Sequence record: SRR31156797_636
Reading direction: 5' to 3' (one strand)
Length of the DNA stretch: 64,000 nt
Part shown: in pieces, positions 49,438-59,437 of the stretch
How the letters are laid out: each line of letters begins with the position of its first letter
Position numbering within the stretch: the first letter of the stretch is position 1
Made by a program: the position numbers and the translations under genes
Notes under the pieces: generated by a model
The model's input: only the letters and a program-made list of their open reading frames with translations
Told to the model about the DNA's origin: nothing
Databases searched by the model: none

Positions 49438-50562
49438 ATGAGCATGACCATCGGAGTCGATGCGCGGCACCTTGACGGGACCATGCATGGCATAGTCAGA
49501 TACACGATAAAAACCATGGAGCACATGGTACAATCTCGCCGCTACCATTTTGTCCTCCTGTCTAACAATCCCATTGACCATCCATTCAAAAATAAAGACG
49601 CCGTCAGTGTTCATGTTGACTCAAAGTTCTCCCAGATGCCCGGTACCCTATGGCTTGCCCTCCGAGCCGGACACCTTCTCCGCAAGCTCGGCATAAACAT
49701 TTTTTGGAGCCCCCTGCACGCACTCCCTCTCTACGGAGCATCAAACATTCCACTGGTTGTCACCATCCACGATTTGGCCCACATCTATTTCCCAAAATCA
49801 ATGACATTGAAAAACCAGATCGTTCACCGGGTCTTTTTCTCCAAAGCCATCGCCAAGGCAACACAAATCATCGCCGTATCCCAAACAACTCGGAACGACC
49901 TGAAAAAAGAATTCGGCGCAGATGCCGCTGCAAAAACCTCAGTAATTTACGAAGGCAGATCTGAGCTTCCTCCGTCATCCAGCCCCCCACTGATCAAGGG
50001 AGATTACTTGTTGTGCATCGGGTCAGTAGAACCACGCAAGAATATCGCCAGCACAGTCGAAGCTCTCCGCCTCCTTATCCAGGATTACCCACAACTGCGC
50101 TTGGTCGTTGCCGGAGGACGCAGTTGGAAGCAGGCGTCCTTATTCAAGAGCATCGCGAAGCAGGGACTCTCGGGAAAAGTCATCTTTACCGGTCAGTGTA
50201 CTGACGAAGAACTTTCCAATTATATAGCGCATACCAAGGCATTCCTTTTCCCTTCACTCTATGAAGGATTCGGGCTCCCACTGCTGGAAACACTCAAACA
50301 ATGTCCGGCAGTCATCTCTGACATTCCGATTTTTCGAGAGCTTGGTCAACACCTCTCCGGCGTTCTATACGCCGACTTTCAGCAACCGTCGTCTGCTGCA
50401 GCCCAAATACGACAAATTCTTAGCACTCCCTCCTCAGAAAATTCAGATTTCGTCACCCCTGCAGCATCAAAAATTTTCTCTTGGGAAACGTGCGCATCCC
50501 AGCATGAAGAACTTTTCATGCAGTCCACCGTCTCCACTCGCTTAAGGCACGAATTGCCTTGA
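49438..50562 (+). CDS. Glycosyltransferase family 4 (MtfB/WbaZ-like)
   Basis: IGVDAR, GIVRY, VVTIHDL, IGSVEPRKN, FPSLYEGFGLPLLE; GGAGG RBS. Confidence 0.92.
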   Translation: MSMTIGVDARHLDGTMHGIVRYTIKTMEHMVQSRRYHFVLLSNNPIDHPFKNKDAVSVHVDSKFSQMPGTLWLALRAGHLLRKLGINIFWSPLHALPLYGASNIPLVVTIHDLAHIYFPKSMTLKNQIVHRVFFSKAIAKATQIIAVSQTTRNDLKKEFGADAAAKTSVIYEGRSELPPSSSPPLIKGDYLLCIGSVEPRKNIASTVEALRLLIQDYPQLRLVVAGGRSWKQASLFKSIAKQGLSGKVIFTGQCTDEELSNYIAHTKAFLFPSLYEGFGLPLLETLKQCPAVISDIPIFRELGQHLSGVLYADFQQPSSAAAQIRQILSTPSSENSDFVTPAASKIFSWETCASQHEELFMQSTVSTRLRHELP

Positions 50563-50674
50563 CGTTTTCAGCTTTTTTGAAAATATTAAAATTATACTGT
50601 TTATACAATTTTTATGTATGGTGCATATTGAATTTATACTGACAAACACTCCCCCCAAAACCAAGTAGAGAGTT

Positions 50675-51721
50675 ATGAACAAAGCTTTTTTTCAAGATAA
50701 ATGTATCCTGGTCACTGGCAGTTGCGGAACCATCGGTAGCGAGCTTATTCATCAGTTACTCAAAGAATACGGCGTCAAGAAACTCATCGGTATTGACAAT
50801 AATGAAACCGAACTTTTCTTCCTCAGCCAGCGCCACCTCGAACACAAGGAAGCCGAATTTTATCTGGCAGACATCCGTGACCACCAAAAACTTTACAATC
50901 TCATGCAAGGTGTTGACATCGTTTTCCATGCAGCGGCCTATAAGCATGTCGCCATGTGCGAGATATCTCCCTTCGAAGCAGTTCAAACCAACATTCTAGG
51001 CGTGAAAAACATTGTTTCCGCAGCTGCGGAAAACGGCGTCGAAAAAGTCATTTTCACTAGCTCGGACAAGGCCGCAAACCCCACCAACGTCATGGGTACA
51101 TCCAAACTCATGGGAGAACGTCTGATTACGGCGGCCAACCAGACAGTTAACTACAACGGAACCATTTTCGCCTCCACCCGATTCGGCAACGTGCTAGGCT
51201 CCAACGGTTCCGTCATTCCCATTTTCAGGGAACAGATTCGTGAAGGTAAACCCATCACCCTAACCGACCCTCAGATGACCCGCTTCATCATGAGCATTCC
51301 CGGAGCTGTCCAATTGGTCATCAATTCCGCCCAGATCGCATGCGGCGGCGAGGTCTTCGTCACAAAGATGCCCGTCATCAGGATTCAGGATCTTGCCGAA
51401 GTCATGATTGAAGAACTTCCATCGCAGTTCGGCAGAAAACCCGAGGACATCGACATCAAGATCATCGGCATCAAACCCGGCGAAAAGCTGTACGAAGAAC
51501 TGATGACAGACGAAGAGACCAGCAGAACCGTTGAACTTGAACAATACTTCAGCGTGCTCCCGGCCCTGAGAATGCACTACGGCAACATCGATTATAGCTA
51601 CGAAGGAGTCCTTTCCGAGACCATCGACAACGCTTATAACTCTCACAACGAGACCCCATTAAGCAAAGCAGACCTCAAAGACTTTCTGATTCGCAGCAAG
51701 CTGATTGAAGGGCTTGACTAA
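50675..51721 (+). CDS. UDP-GlcNAc 4,6-dehydratase family (Polysacc_synt_2; PseB/CapD-like)
   Basis: VTGSCGTIGSEL, FHAAAYKHV, SSDKAANPTNVMGTSK, TRFGNVLGS, MTRFIM, GIKPGEKLYEEL. Confidence 0.92.
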   Translation: MNKAFFQDKCILVTGSCGTIGSELIHQLLKEYGVKKLIGIDNNETELFFLSQRHLEHKEAEFYLADIRDHQKLYNLMQGVDIVFHAAAYKHVAMCEISPFEAVQTNILGVKNIVSAAAENGVEKVIFTSSDKAANPTNVMGTSKLMGERLITAANQTVNYNGTIFASTRFGNVLGSNGSVIPIFREQIREGKPITLTDPQMTRFIMSIPGAVQLVINSAQIACGGEVFVTKMPVIRIQDLAEVMIEELPSQFGRKPEDIDIKIIGIKPGEKLYEELMTDEETSRTVELEQYFSVLPALRMHYGNIDYSYEGVLSETIDNAYNSHNETPLSKADLKDFLIRSKLIEGLD

Positions 51722-51723
51722 GA

Positions 51724-52752
51724 ATGCGCAAACTTGGAAGAGCTATTATGAAGAAAGTAAAAGCACACCCCAGACAAAAAAAGTCCCCCTTCTCCGGTGT
51801 TGGAAAACTTTTTTTTGTTGCCTGCCTGGCTATGACTCTTCTTATACTGGATGGGGAGCGGCAGGCCGCTGCGCAGGACACTCTCAATCTGGATGGAAAA
51901 ATCTATTACAGGGCCGTCAGAAAGATCAAAAACAAGTACCCTGGCAAAATAGTTGAAATCAATGTAAAAAAGTTTCAACCAGTTTCGAAAAACGAAGTTC
52001 TCGCTGCTTACAGAATAACCCGAGCGGAACAACAGGAACTTCAGCACGAGATCGATTTCCCTTCTATAAGAAAAACAGAGATATCCATCGAAGAGGTCCA
52101 GACTGACATAAAAGGAAAAGAAAGAAAAAAAAAATCGCTCATGGTCCTCGTCAACGAGGGGCTGGCCTCGTCACAAAATATGGACACATTGGACGAGGAC
52201 ATCCGAATTCTCAACCTCAGAAAGGAATTCCTTGAGGAAGAGCTAAAACACTTCAAACGACAGCAGGCCAGGGAAAAGAGCAGGATATCAGAAGAATTGG
52301 GAGGAATCTCCCTTGCTTCCGGTGTTATTCCGCGTGATATCCCCATCACAACCAAACTCCCCGGACACGTTGTGAAGGTAGGTATCCTTGCAAGCAGTAA
52401 AATAAAGAAAAACAGGGTGTGCTTTGAAATCACTAGGTTGAACCGAATACTGGTGCGCTGCAAAGTCTACGAAGAGGATTACATCAAGCTTGCCCTCGGC
52501 CAAAAGGCATTCATAATTTCACAAGGGACACCTGGGAAAGAATATCCTGCACACTTGTCACGGCTTCCTCTTCGCCCGACAGACAAAGGCTATGCGGCAT
52601 TGTCATATTATCTGGTAGACTTCATCATGAACAACCCAAATTTAAAATTCAGAGCCGGTAACCGCGTTACGGTAAAAGTCGACCTTGCTAGCAAGCCCGA
52701 ACCTATTGCTCCGAAAAAAAACAGAACAAATAAACCGACAAGAAAACAATAA
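51724..52752 (+). CDS. Periplasmic adaptor / membrane fusion protein (HlyD family)
   Basis: N-terminal hydrophobic segment, lipoyl-like halves (YPGKIVEINV; LPGHVVKV), coiled coil, beta-barrel (VYEEDY..L.LGQ); paralogous to 58490-59437. Confidence 0.8.
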   Translation: MRKLGRAIMKKVKAHPRQKKSPFSGVGKLFFVACLAMTLLILDGERQAAAQDTLNLDGKIYYRAVRKIKNKYPGKIVEINVKKFQPVSKNEVLAAYRITRAEQQELQHEIDFPSIRKTEISIEEVQTDIKGKERKKKSLMVLVNEGLASSQNMDTLDEDIRILNLRKEFLEEELKHFKRQQAREKSRISEELGGISLASGVIPRDIPITTKLPGHVVKVGILASSKIKKNRVCFEITRLNRILVRCKVYEEDYIKLALGQKAFIISQGTPGKEYPAHLSRLPLRPTDKGYAALSYYLVDFIMNNPNLKFRAGNRVTVKVDLASKPEPIAPKKNRTNKPTRKQ

Positions 52753-53010
52753 GACTCTGAGCAAGAAGCGGAGATCTGGAATGTCACTGTCCAAACAGAA
52801 AGAGGTTCCTTTTCACACTTACCTACGAGCGAGCATCTCTCCTCTTTCAACAGGAGAAGCTTTCCGTCCGGCCCGTTGCATGCTATAAGGCCCTAAGCTA
52901 ATTTACTGAAACAATTTGAAGCGGAAACAAACGAGGCAACCTTATTGCCCTCATACGCCCCGGGCTGCCAAGTGGCATCGCCTGCGGGACATTGGAAATT
53001 GCGAAGAAGG

Positions 53011-54426
53011 ATGATTGACAACAAAACCAATCTTATCGCCTGCCGTCCATGGCTCATGCCTGTCACGCTCGCGTGTTCCGACTTTCTGGCCGTCACCATT
53101 TCCGGTGCGGCAAGCGTTCTTCTTCGATATGCCTTTGGCGGCGAATTCGAACTGATTTCTTATCTTTACCTCTGGCCAACCGCCCTCCTGTTTGTCCTAG
53201 CCTATGCTTTCATGGGGGCTTACAGGGTCTTGATGCCGCTTCCGCTGGAACTAAAACGATGTTCATTTGGAACAGTCTTCATAATCTTTGTTCTGGCAGC
53301 AATCACCTTCTGGTCAAGAAACGCCGATGACTATTCAAGACTCGTCCTTCTTTTTTCCTTTGCAACCATCCTCGTTGCCGTGCCGTATTGTCGAAAAAAA
53401 TGTAGGGAACACTTTGCCTCGCTCCCGGGCTGGGGTCTTCCTGTTATCATTTATGGAGACGGCGAAACTGCGCAAAGCGTCATACAAAACCTTCAGTTAC
53501 GCGTCAGCCTTGGCCTGACCCCAGTGGCTATCGTCAAACACAGCGAAACTTCAGACACTTCAATAAACAACATCCCGGCATGGGATCGCTCTTCGCTTCA
53601 GGAATTGGCGAAAACATACCCGTGTTCGTATTTTATTGTCGCTGAATCCGGGCTGGACAATAACGAATACCGTGAACTCCTTAACACTTCTTATAAGCAC
53701 TTCCCAAAAACTATCGTCATCCCAGACCTTTTTGGACAGGCAAGCATATGGGCCACCACTGTTGACATAAGCGGTATCCTCGGCTTGGAAACAGGGCAAA
53801 AACTTCTTTCCCCGCCATCGCAGTTCTACAAGCGAATAATGGATGTCACAAGCTCCTTTCTCGGATTGATCGTTCTGCTCCCGGTTTTCCTGATCATCGG
53901 CCTCATCATCAAGATGGATAGCCTCGGCCCCGTTCTCTACAGGCAGAAGCGTCTTGGCAAAGGGGGGGGGGAAGTGGACGTATGGAAATTCAGAACCATG
54001 GTCCAAAATGCGGACGAGGTGCTCAAGGACTACTTGCAGCAGGATCCCGTCTTGAAAACAAAATGGGAGCAGGATCACAAGCTTGACAACGATCCCCGAA
54101 TCACCCGGGTTGGCGGCTTCATGAGAAAATACAGCATAGACGAACTGCCGCAACTGTTCAATGTACTCAAAGGTGAAATGAGCCTCGTCGGCCCAAGACC
54201 CATCGTCAAAGCCGAAGTCGCAAAATACATGGACAATTACGAACTGTACTCGAAAGTACTTCCCGGAATGACGGGCTTATGGCAAGTATCAGGGCGAAGT
54301 AATCTTTCATACAGCGAAAGAATCAATCTCGATGTCTATTACATCCGCAACTGGTCTGTCTGGTTTGATCTGTACATCCTCACCAGAACTCCAGCTGCAA
54401 TTTTCAATTGTGTCGGCGCCTTCTGA
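53011..54426 (+). CDS. wbaP: Undecaprenyl-phosphate hexose-1-phosphate transferase, WbaP-like
   Basis: 4 N-terminal TMs; KRIMD, KFRTMV..AD, W....[54 protein letters not shown]. Start placed at MIDNK. Confidence 0.9.
   Translation: MIDNKTNLIACRPWLMPVTLACSDFLAVTISGAASVLLRYAFGGEFELISYLYLWPTALLFVLAYAFMGAYRVLMPLPLELKRCSFGTVFIIFVLAAITFWSRNADDYSRLVLLFSFATILVAVPYCRKKCREHFASLPGWGLPVIIYGDGETAQSVIQNLQLRVSLGLTPVAIVKHSETSDTSINNIPAWDRSSLQELAKTYPCSYFIVAESGLDNNEYRELLNTSYKHFPKTIVIPDLFGQASIWATTVDISGILGLETGQKLLSPPSQFYKRIMDVTSSFLGLIVLLPVFLIIGLIIKMDSLGPVLYRQKRLGKGGGEVDVWKFRTMVQNADEVLKDYLQQDPVLKTKWEQDHKLDNDPRITRVGGFMRKYSIDELPQLFNVLKGEMSLVGPRPIVKAEVAKYMDNYELYSKVLPGMTGLWQVSGRSNLSYSERINLDVYYIRNWSVWFDLYILTRTPAAIFNCVGAF
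53962..53971 (+). repeat. G10 homopolymer inside the wbaP-like CDS
   Basis: ...ggcaaa GGGGGGGGGG aagtgg..., in frame as K-G-G-G-E. Confidence 0.95.
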
Positions 54427-54464
54427 CAACCGCACTGACTAAGTACCCAGCTGCAATTTAGATA

Positions 54465-55646
54465 ATGAACCTGAAGTCCGTCCTAAACACTTTTCTCGTC
54501 AGCTTTGTCTGCTTTCAGAGCGTATTCCTGACGCCATACGTCATCATTGTCTCCACTGACAGAAGCAATCTCTTCACGCCGATTCTGGCGGGGACAGCGC
54601 TTGTCATTATCGCTTTCACTCAAGGACGACGAACCGTCTTCGCCAAATGGGACGTCCTGCTATGGTTGGCCCTCGGAGCAACCATGGCTTACGGGGTCAC
54701 CCTGACAACCGATGTGCCATCGTCAGCCTATCGCGCATTCTCCCTCTATATTCCGGCCTTAAGCGGATACTGGGTTGGACGTCTGCTGTCCTATGATCAG
54801 TATTGGAAAAAGATGGCGCCATATATAATGAGCGGTCTCTTCTTCCTCATGTCATCCATTCAAATCATAAACGGGGTTGGTGCTCCCATACTACAACTGC
54901 ATCACCATGCGCTGTCCAACCTTCTGCTTCTTTTGGCAGTCGGGCCAGCCACTTTCCTCATGCGTGGCCCCCTCTACATCAAGGCAGCGTGTGCCACGAT
55001 TTTAAGCATGGGCTATTTCGCATGTTACATCGTCGGTTCACGCTTCACGGTCGTTTTGCCGATACTGCTGCTGCCTCTCATGTCAATCCTTAAACTGCTA
55101 CGATTCAAATGGCTCCTTATTGCCGGAATCCCCTTTCTCGCAGCAGCGTGCATCTTCTTCATTCAAAAGCCTGAAAAAATACTCAAAATTCATGATTACG
55201 AATCTGTTTTCTACAGGGTCGAAGGTCTTCCAGCCGCGATCCACCTCATCAAGAAACACCCTTTTTTCGGCATTGGACTTCGCACCGAACGCGAACCGTA
55301 TCTTGAAGACTATAAAATGACTTTCGACATGACAAGCCGCGAACGATTCATGCTGGTCGTTCGAAAGAACGTGACGCAGGACAACATGCTAATGACGCTG
55401 CTTGTGGGCCTTGGGATCATACCCACACTCTTGTATCTCGGTTTGATCTGGGCCTATCTCAAACGTCTCATCAAGGCCATCAAAACACAACGCGACGGGC
55501 CGCTCAACTCCATAGCGCTTGCTTTTGCCTTATGTGCCAGCGTACTTCATTTCAGTGTTCAGGACGGACTTCTTTATCCGCAGGTCAGTTGGCTCTTCCA
55601 TCTGCTCATAGGCATGATCCCGAGCAAGGACAGCTCAGCTACATAA
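54465..55646 (+). CDS. O-antigen ligase / Wzy family membrane protein
   Basis: About 10 TM; GSR, YRVE, HPFFGIG, DNMLM..L...G. Confidence 0.75.
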   Translation: MNLKSVLNTFLVSFVCFQSVFLTPYVIIVSTDRSNLFTPILAGTALVIIAFTQGRRTVFAKWDVLLWLALGATMAYGVTLTTDVPSSAYRAFSLYIPALSGYWVGRLLSYDQYWKKMAPYIMSGLFFLMSSIQIINGVGAPILQLHHHALSNLLLLLAVGPATFLMRGPLYIKAACATILSMGYFACYIVGSRFTVVLPILLLPLMSILKLLRFKWLLIAGIPFLAAACIFFIQKPEKILKIHDYESVFYRVEGLPAAIHLIKKHPFFGIGLRTEREPYLEDYKMTFDMTSRERFMLVVRKNVTQDNMLMTLLVGLGIIPTLLYLGLIWAYLKRLIKAIKTQRDGPLNSIALAFALCASVLHFSVQDGLLYPQVSWLFHLLIGMIPSKDSSAT

Positions 55647-56709
55647 GGTCAGTGACGATATCGCACAGTTGGTCGGCTGCCTTGTTCCAATCAAATAATT
55701 CAGCCTGCTTGTACCCTTCTACCCTCATCAGCTCCTGGCCTTCCCCATCCTCGACAAAGTCCAGAATCGTTGCGGCGATATCATCGACGCTGTAAGGATC
55801 GAAGTATCGTGCAGCTCTGCCGCAAACTTCGGGCAAAGACGTGGTATTTGCCGCCAGAACAGGACAGCCGCACGCCATTGCCTCTGCAGCAGGCAGACCG
55901 AAGCCCTCATACAATGAAGGCATAATCAGTGCATTGGCCTTGGCAACGATCTTTATGAGTGACTCTTGTTCCAGTTCGCCCACCAATTCAACTTGGTCAC
56001 CCCTAGTCAGTTCATCCAAATCATGAAAACCGGAGATAAACCCGTCGTACCGCCCCACAAGCACAAGCTTGTGAGGAACCTGTCTGCTTACTAGTTGGAA
56101 TGCATCCACAAGCCTCTTCAAATTTTTATGCGGCTTAATATTTCCCACATACACGAAATACGGCTCCTGCTGCACGATTGGGGTATGCAGACGTTTCCAG
56201 ACATTGTCCACTCCATTCCAAACGACTTTCACCGCCTGAGATGCGTATCCCAACTTCGAGACCAGCTCGCTCTTGGTGAACTCCGAAACGGTAATAATCT
56301 TTTCTGATCGCAATCTCACCGCCCTGAACATCAGGGTCGCATACAGACGAACTAACGGATTCGTGTGAATATCCCTCAAGGAAAGATGGCAAATGTCATG
56401 GACGGTGGTCAGGATTTTACCCGGATACAGTGCCGGGATATTGTAATGAGGAGCCCAGAAAAGGTCTGATGTGCGAGGGATGGCAAAGGGGAGGGTCACT
56501 TGCTCACTGATGGAATAGATGGGGGCGTCAAACCGAAGGAATGTCACATTGGTCACTCCGGATTCGACCATGAGCCGACATAAAGAGTCCGGGGCTCCCA
56601 AAAGAGTTATGGGCAGCGTATGGAGACGCTTGGCCATCCTTGGGATCAGATTCCTAATGTAGACACCGATTCCGGAATGATCAGCCATACGACAATCTAT
56701 GGTCAGCAT
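55639..56709 (-). CDS. Glycosyltransferase family 4 (MtfB-like)
   Basis: IDCR, SGIGVY, PHYNIP, TVHD, VGNIKPHKN, PSLYEGFGLPAAEAMACG; AAGGAGG RBS. Confidence 0.93.
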   Translation of the reverse strand: MLTIDCRMADHSGIGVYIRNLIPRMAKRLHTLPITLLGAPDSLCRLMVESGVTNVTFLRFDAPIYSISEQVTLPFAIPRTSDLFWAPHYNIPALYPGKILTTVHDICHLSLRDIHTNPLVRLYATLMFRAVRLRSEKIITVSEFTKSELVSKLGYASQAVKVVWNGVDNVWKRLHTPIVQQEPYFVYVGNIKPHKNLKRLVDAFQLVSRQVPHKLVLVGRYDGFISGFHDLDELTRGDQVELVGELEQESLIKIVAKANALIMPSLYEGFGLPAAEAMACGCPVLAANTTSLPEVCGRAARYFDPYSVDDIAATILDFVEDGEGQELMRVEGYKQAELFDWNKAADQLCDIVTDLM

Positions 56710-56781
56710 GGATCCCTCCTTTACTGCGGTATAGGCAGGCGCAACACCTCATGCGCGCAGGTCTTGCGGCCGACTTAATTG

Positions 56782-58488
56782 TTATTCCGGACTTCCTGAA
56801 ATATTTGCGGCCATCTTTTTGACGTCAAGGACTTTGACTCCCGGACCGATAATTACTCCCGGCAAATCCGCATCCAGCACCGCGAAACCATCTCCATGAG
56901 CTGCCAGCGCCCGAATCTCATCGTCGAAAGGTGCAAAGAATGCACCTCCGGCAATAAACTCATCCTCGAAAAACTGTTCATCGACAACAAAATAATCAAC
57001 GCTGTTTCTTTGACAAAAACTCACAATTTCAAGCAAATCTGAAGAGTAATAGGCTTTAAATAGATCTTCCAGTCGGGGCTGAATGACTTTCCAGTAACCG
57101 ACGCACCAAGGATGCGCCAATTCATAAGAAACAAAAACATTCCGCTGTCCGAACATGAGCAAATTGTCCATCTGGTAGGGGTGTCCGGCAACAAGAACAT
57201 CCTTGTCAGTGGTAGAGCGAACAAACTCGCAAACCGGACGATCATGGGTATAATCATACAGTGCGACCCCTTGGAGGCGCACACATCCGATGACGAATCC
57301 CGTGACAAGAACGCAAACCATAAACGTCTCACGCTTCAGGCGGAAATATCGGCATACCCCGACGAGTGCGCACCCCAGAAGACAACAATATAAAATATTC
57401 ATCGTGTATTCCAGATAACGGGACGGGATGAACAGCTGCAACAAAATCAATCTGGCCAAGATGTAAAGAGCAAAGGAAGCACTACCGATACTCAGCCACA
57501 CCACTACGCTGGATTTGACACTCTTCCACTGAAAACCCCGAATACCAAAAAAGAGAAGACCAACGCACACCGCCACTCCAATTCCACCCACAACAGGCCC
57601 CCCGTCACGGAATGGAGCAATGTACTCAAAAGGCCGGACAAATAATTCCCAAAAGAGTGAAGGCACCGGCAAAATTCCAAAACGACCAGCTTCATAGAAT
57701 TCAGGCCTGCCAGTCATGTCAGCCATACTTGCCATAGGGCCAAAACCCGCCAGATGCATTTGAAAACGCCAAGCCAGAAGCCCGCAACAGGCAAGGGCTG
57801 AGATAACGTAATCCGACCATTTGACGAGGAATGGCGGCGGCGATGTCAACTCGAAACGCCAAGCAATCATGGCTAGACCGATGCTGCCACCACACAGAAT
57901 AAAAATATATGGGATAAAAAAGGCCTGAAGCAATAGAGCCCCGGCCATCAGCCAACGCACACGGCGGACCCAGGCCAAAATGAACAGGAGCATTAGTGGC
58001 CCCGCGAATGCCCTGGACAATCCCCCGGATATGGAATGCAAAAATATGGGCATCGCCCAGTACACGGCCACCATGGACAAGCCTAAAGCCTCATCGGCCA
58101 TGGACTTGCCGACCCAATAGGCAAACATCGCCATCAGAACGAACAGAACCCCTGTCAGCAACTTGGAGAACAACAAGGGAGACACGACCATGGCAGCTAC
58201 AAAGTACAGCGACTGCACCCCCCAGGGAACATAGCGCATGGCATATTCATTCAAAATGCTCTCTGGATACAGGGCCGGATCAAGCCACCGTTGCATCCAG
58301 TAAAGCTGCTGGCGCGTATCATCATTGATGATATATGAATTCAGGAATCCGGTATGATGTGATATGAGAAAAAGAAGAGTCGAAAAAATTAAAACAAAAA
58401 AGGGTGCATATCTGCACACTGCCCCCCAAAGGGTAGCGGTGAATTGGCCTGTCCCAGACACAACACCCGTTCCTCTATGGAGCGTCAT
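56782..58488 (-). CDS. Polytopic membrane protein, putative GT-C-like transferase
   Basis: First-loop DD motif (INDDTRQQLYWMQ), about 11 TM, PSRY, C-terminal soluble domain (VDYFVVD). Confidence 0.6.
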   Translation of the reverse strand: MTLHRGTGVVSGTGQFTATLWGAVCRYAPFFVLIFSTLLFLISHHTGFLNSYIINDDTRQQLYWMQRWLDPALYPESILNEYAMRYVPWGVQSLYFVAAMVVSPLLFSKLLTGVLFVLMAMFAYWVGKSMADEALGLSMVAVYWAMPIFLHSISGGLSRAFAGPLMLLFILAWVRRVRWLMAGALLLQAFFIPYIFILCGGSIGLAMIAWRFELTSPPPFLVKWSDYVISALACCGLLAWRFQMHLAGFGPMASMADMTGRPEFYEAGRFGILPVPSLFWELFVRPFEYIAPFRDGGPVVGGIGVAVCVGLLFFGIRGFQWKSVKSSVVVWLSIGSASFALYILARLILLQLFIPSRYLEYTMNILYCCLLGCALVGVCRYFRLKRETFMVCVLVTGFVIGCVRLQGVALYDYTHDRPVCEFVRSTTDKDVLVAGHPYQMDNLLMFGQRNVFVSYELAHPWCVGYWKVIQPRLEDLFKAYYSSDLLEIVSFCQRNSVDYFVVDEQFFEDEFIAGGAFFAPFDDEIRALAAHGDGFAVLDADLPGVIIGPGVKVLDVKKMAANISGSPE

Positions 58489-58489
58489 A

Positions 58490-59437
58490 CTATTTTACAT
58501 CAGCCTTTTCATTTTCCGTAAACATGATCCGGACCTTATAGCCTTCCTTCAGGAAATTGTCAGGATTGTCGATTTCCAATTCAGCAGCATAATATGACGG
58601 CGCATCGATATTGGTGTCAACCGGCAACCACGACATAGACACCAGCTTGGCCTTCATGACCTTGTCAGGATTGAATTCCACTATGACCTCAGCTGTATCA
58701 CCCGGCTTCAAACGATACATGTCAGCTTCATATACCTGAGTCCGAATGATCATCGGGTCCATAACACCGATAGCAAAAACGGATTCATCAACGATTGCTC
58801 CCAACTCCACATTGGTGTTTTCCCATATAATATAGCCCTCGATGGGAGAACGAACATACATCTGGGACGTATCCAACCTACGGTCACCTTTTTGCCCAAG
58901 CATTTCAGCAATCAACAACCTATCATCAGCAGCCCGTTTTTGATCTTGAGTCAACTCTTTCTTTGCCTGCTCGACCTGAAACGAGATGAGGGATATCTGA
59001 TCCCTCAAGGAAGCAACACCCTTATCCGTCGCCAGTCCCTGCTGACTCAGAGTCTTGTTTGACTCAAGCTGTTTATTGAGAGTCTTGAGTCTAGCTTTCC
59101 ACTTCTTGATCTCCAGCTCTTGGCGAGTAAATTCAAGCTTCTTGTCAACCCTGGCTTCAAGGCCGAGAGCGTCCTTGCGCTTGAGACGTACTTTCATCAG
59201 CACGTCGTCCTTTTTCACCAATTGGCCAACGCTCACCTTCTTCTCAATCACCTCGCCGGAATAGGGCAGCTTTACGGGATGTGTCATCGAGCAATAGACC
59301 TTCCCCTGAAAAATCGTCTCAACCGCATTCGCAGCAGAACTAATACCATGCTTCTGCTGACCATACGCAAACGAGCAGGCCAGCAGCAGAGTGGTCATTA
59401 AAACTATCGCAGCAAGTCTAATTTTCCAGGTCATCAT
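58490..59437 (-). CDS. Periplasmic adaptor / membrane fusion protein (HlyD/MacA/DevB-like)
   Basis: Signal peptide, PYSGEV...VSVGQLVKKDDVL, coiled coil, VRSPIEG, VYEAD..LKPG, IDNPD..LKEG. Start placed at MMTWK. Confidence 0.88.
   Translation of the reverse strand: MMTWKIRLAAIVLMTTLLLACSFAYGQQKHGISSAANAVETIFQGKVYCSMTHPVKLPYSGEVIEKKVSVGQLVKKDDVLMKVRLKRKDALGLEARVDKKLEFTRQELEIKKWKARLKTLNKQLESNKTLSQQGLATDKGVASLRDQISLISFQVEQAKKELTQDQKRAADDRLLIAEMLGQKGDRRLDTSQMYVRSPIEGYIIWENTNVELGAIVDESVFAIGVMDPMIIRTQVYEADMYRLKPGDTAEVIVEFNPDKVMKAKLVSMSWLPVDTNIDAPSYYAAELEIDNPDNFLKEGYKVRIMFTENEKADVK

Noticed and set aside
52125-52134. A10 tract in the orphan adaptor gene, and several A8/T8 runs
   Set aside because: Explained by Lys/Phe codon runs; the frames are intact and A/T runs are common here.
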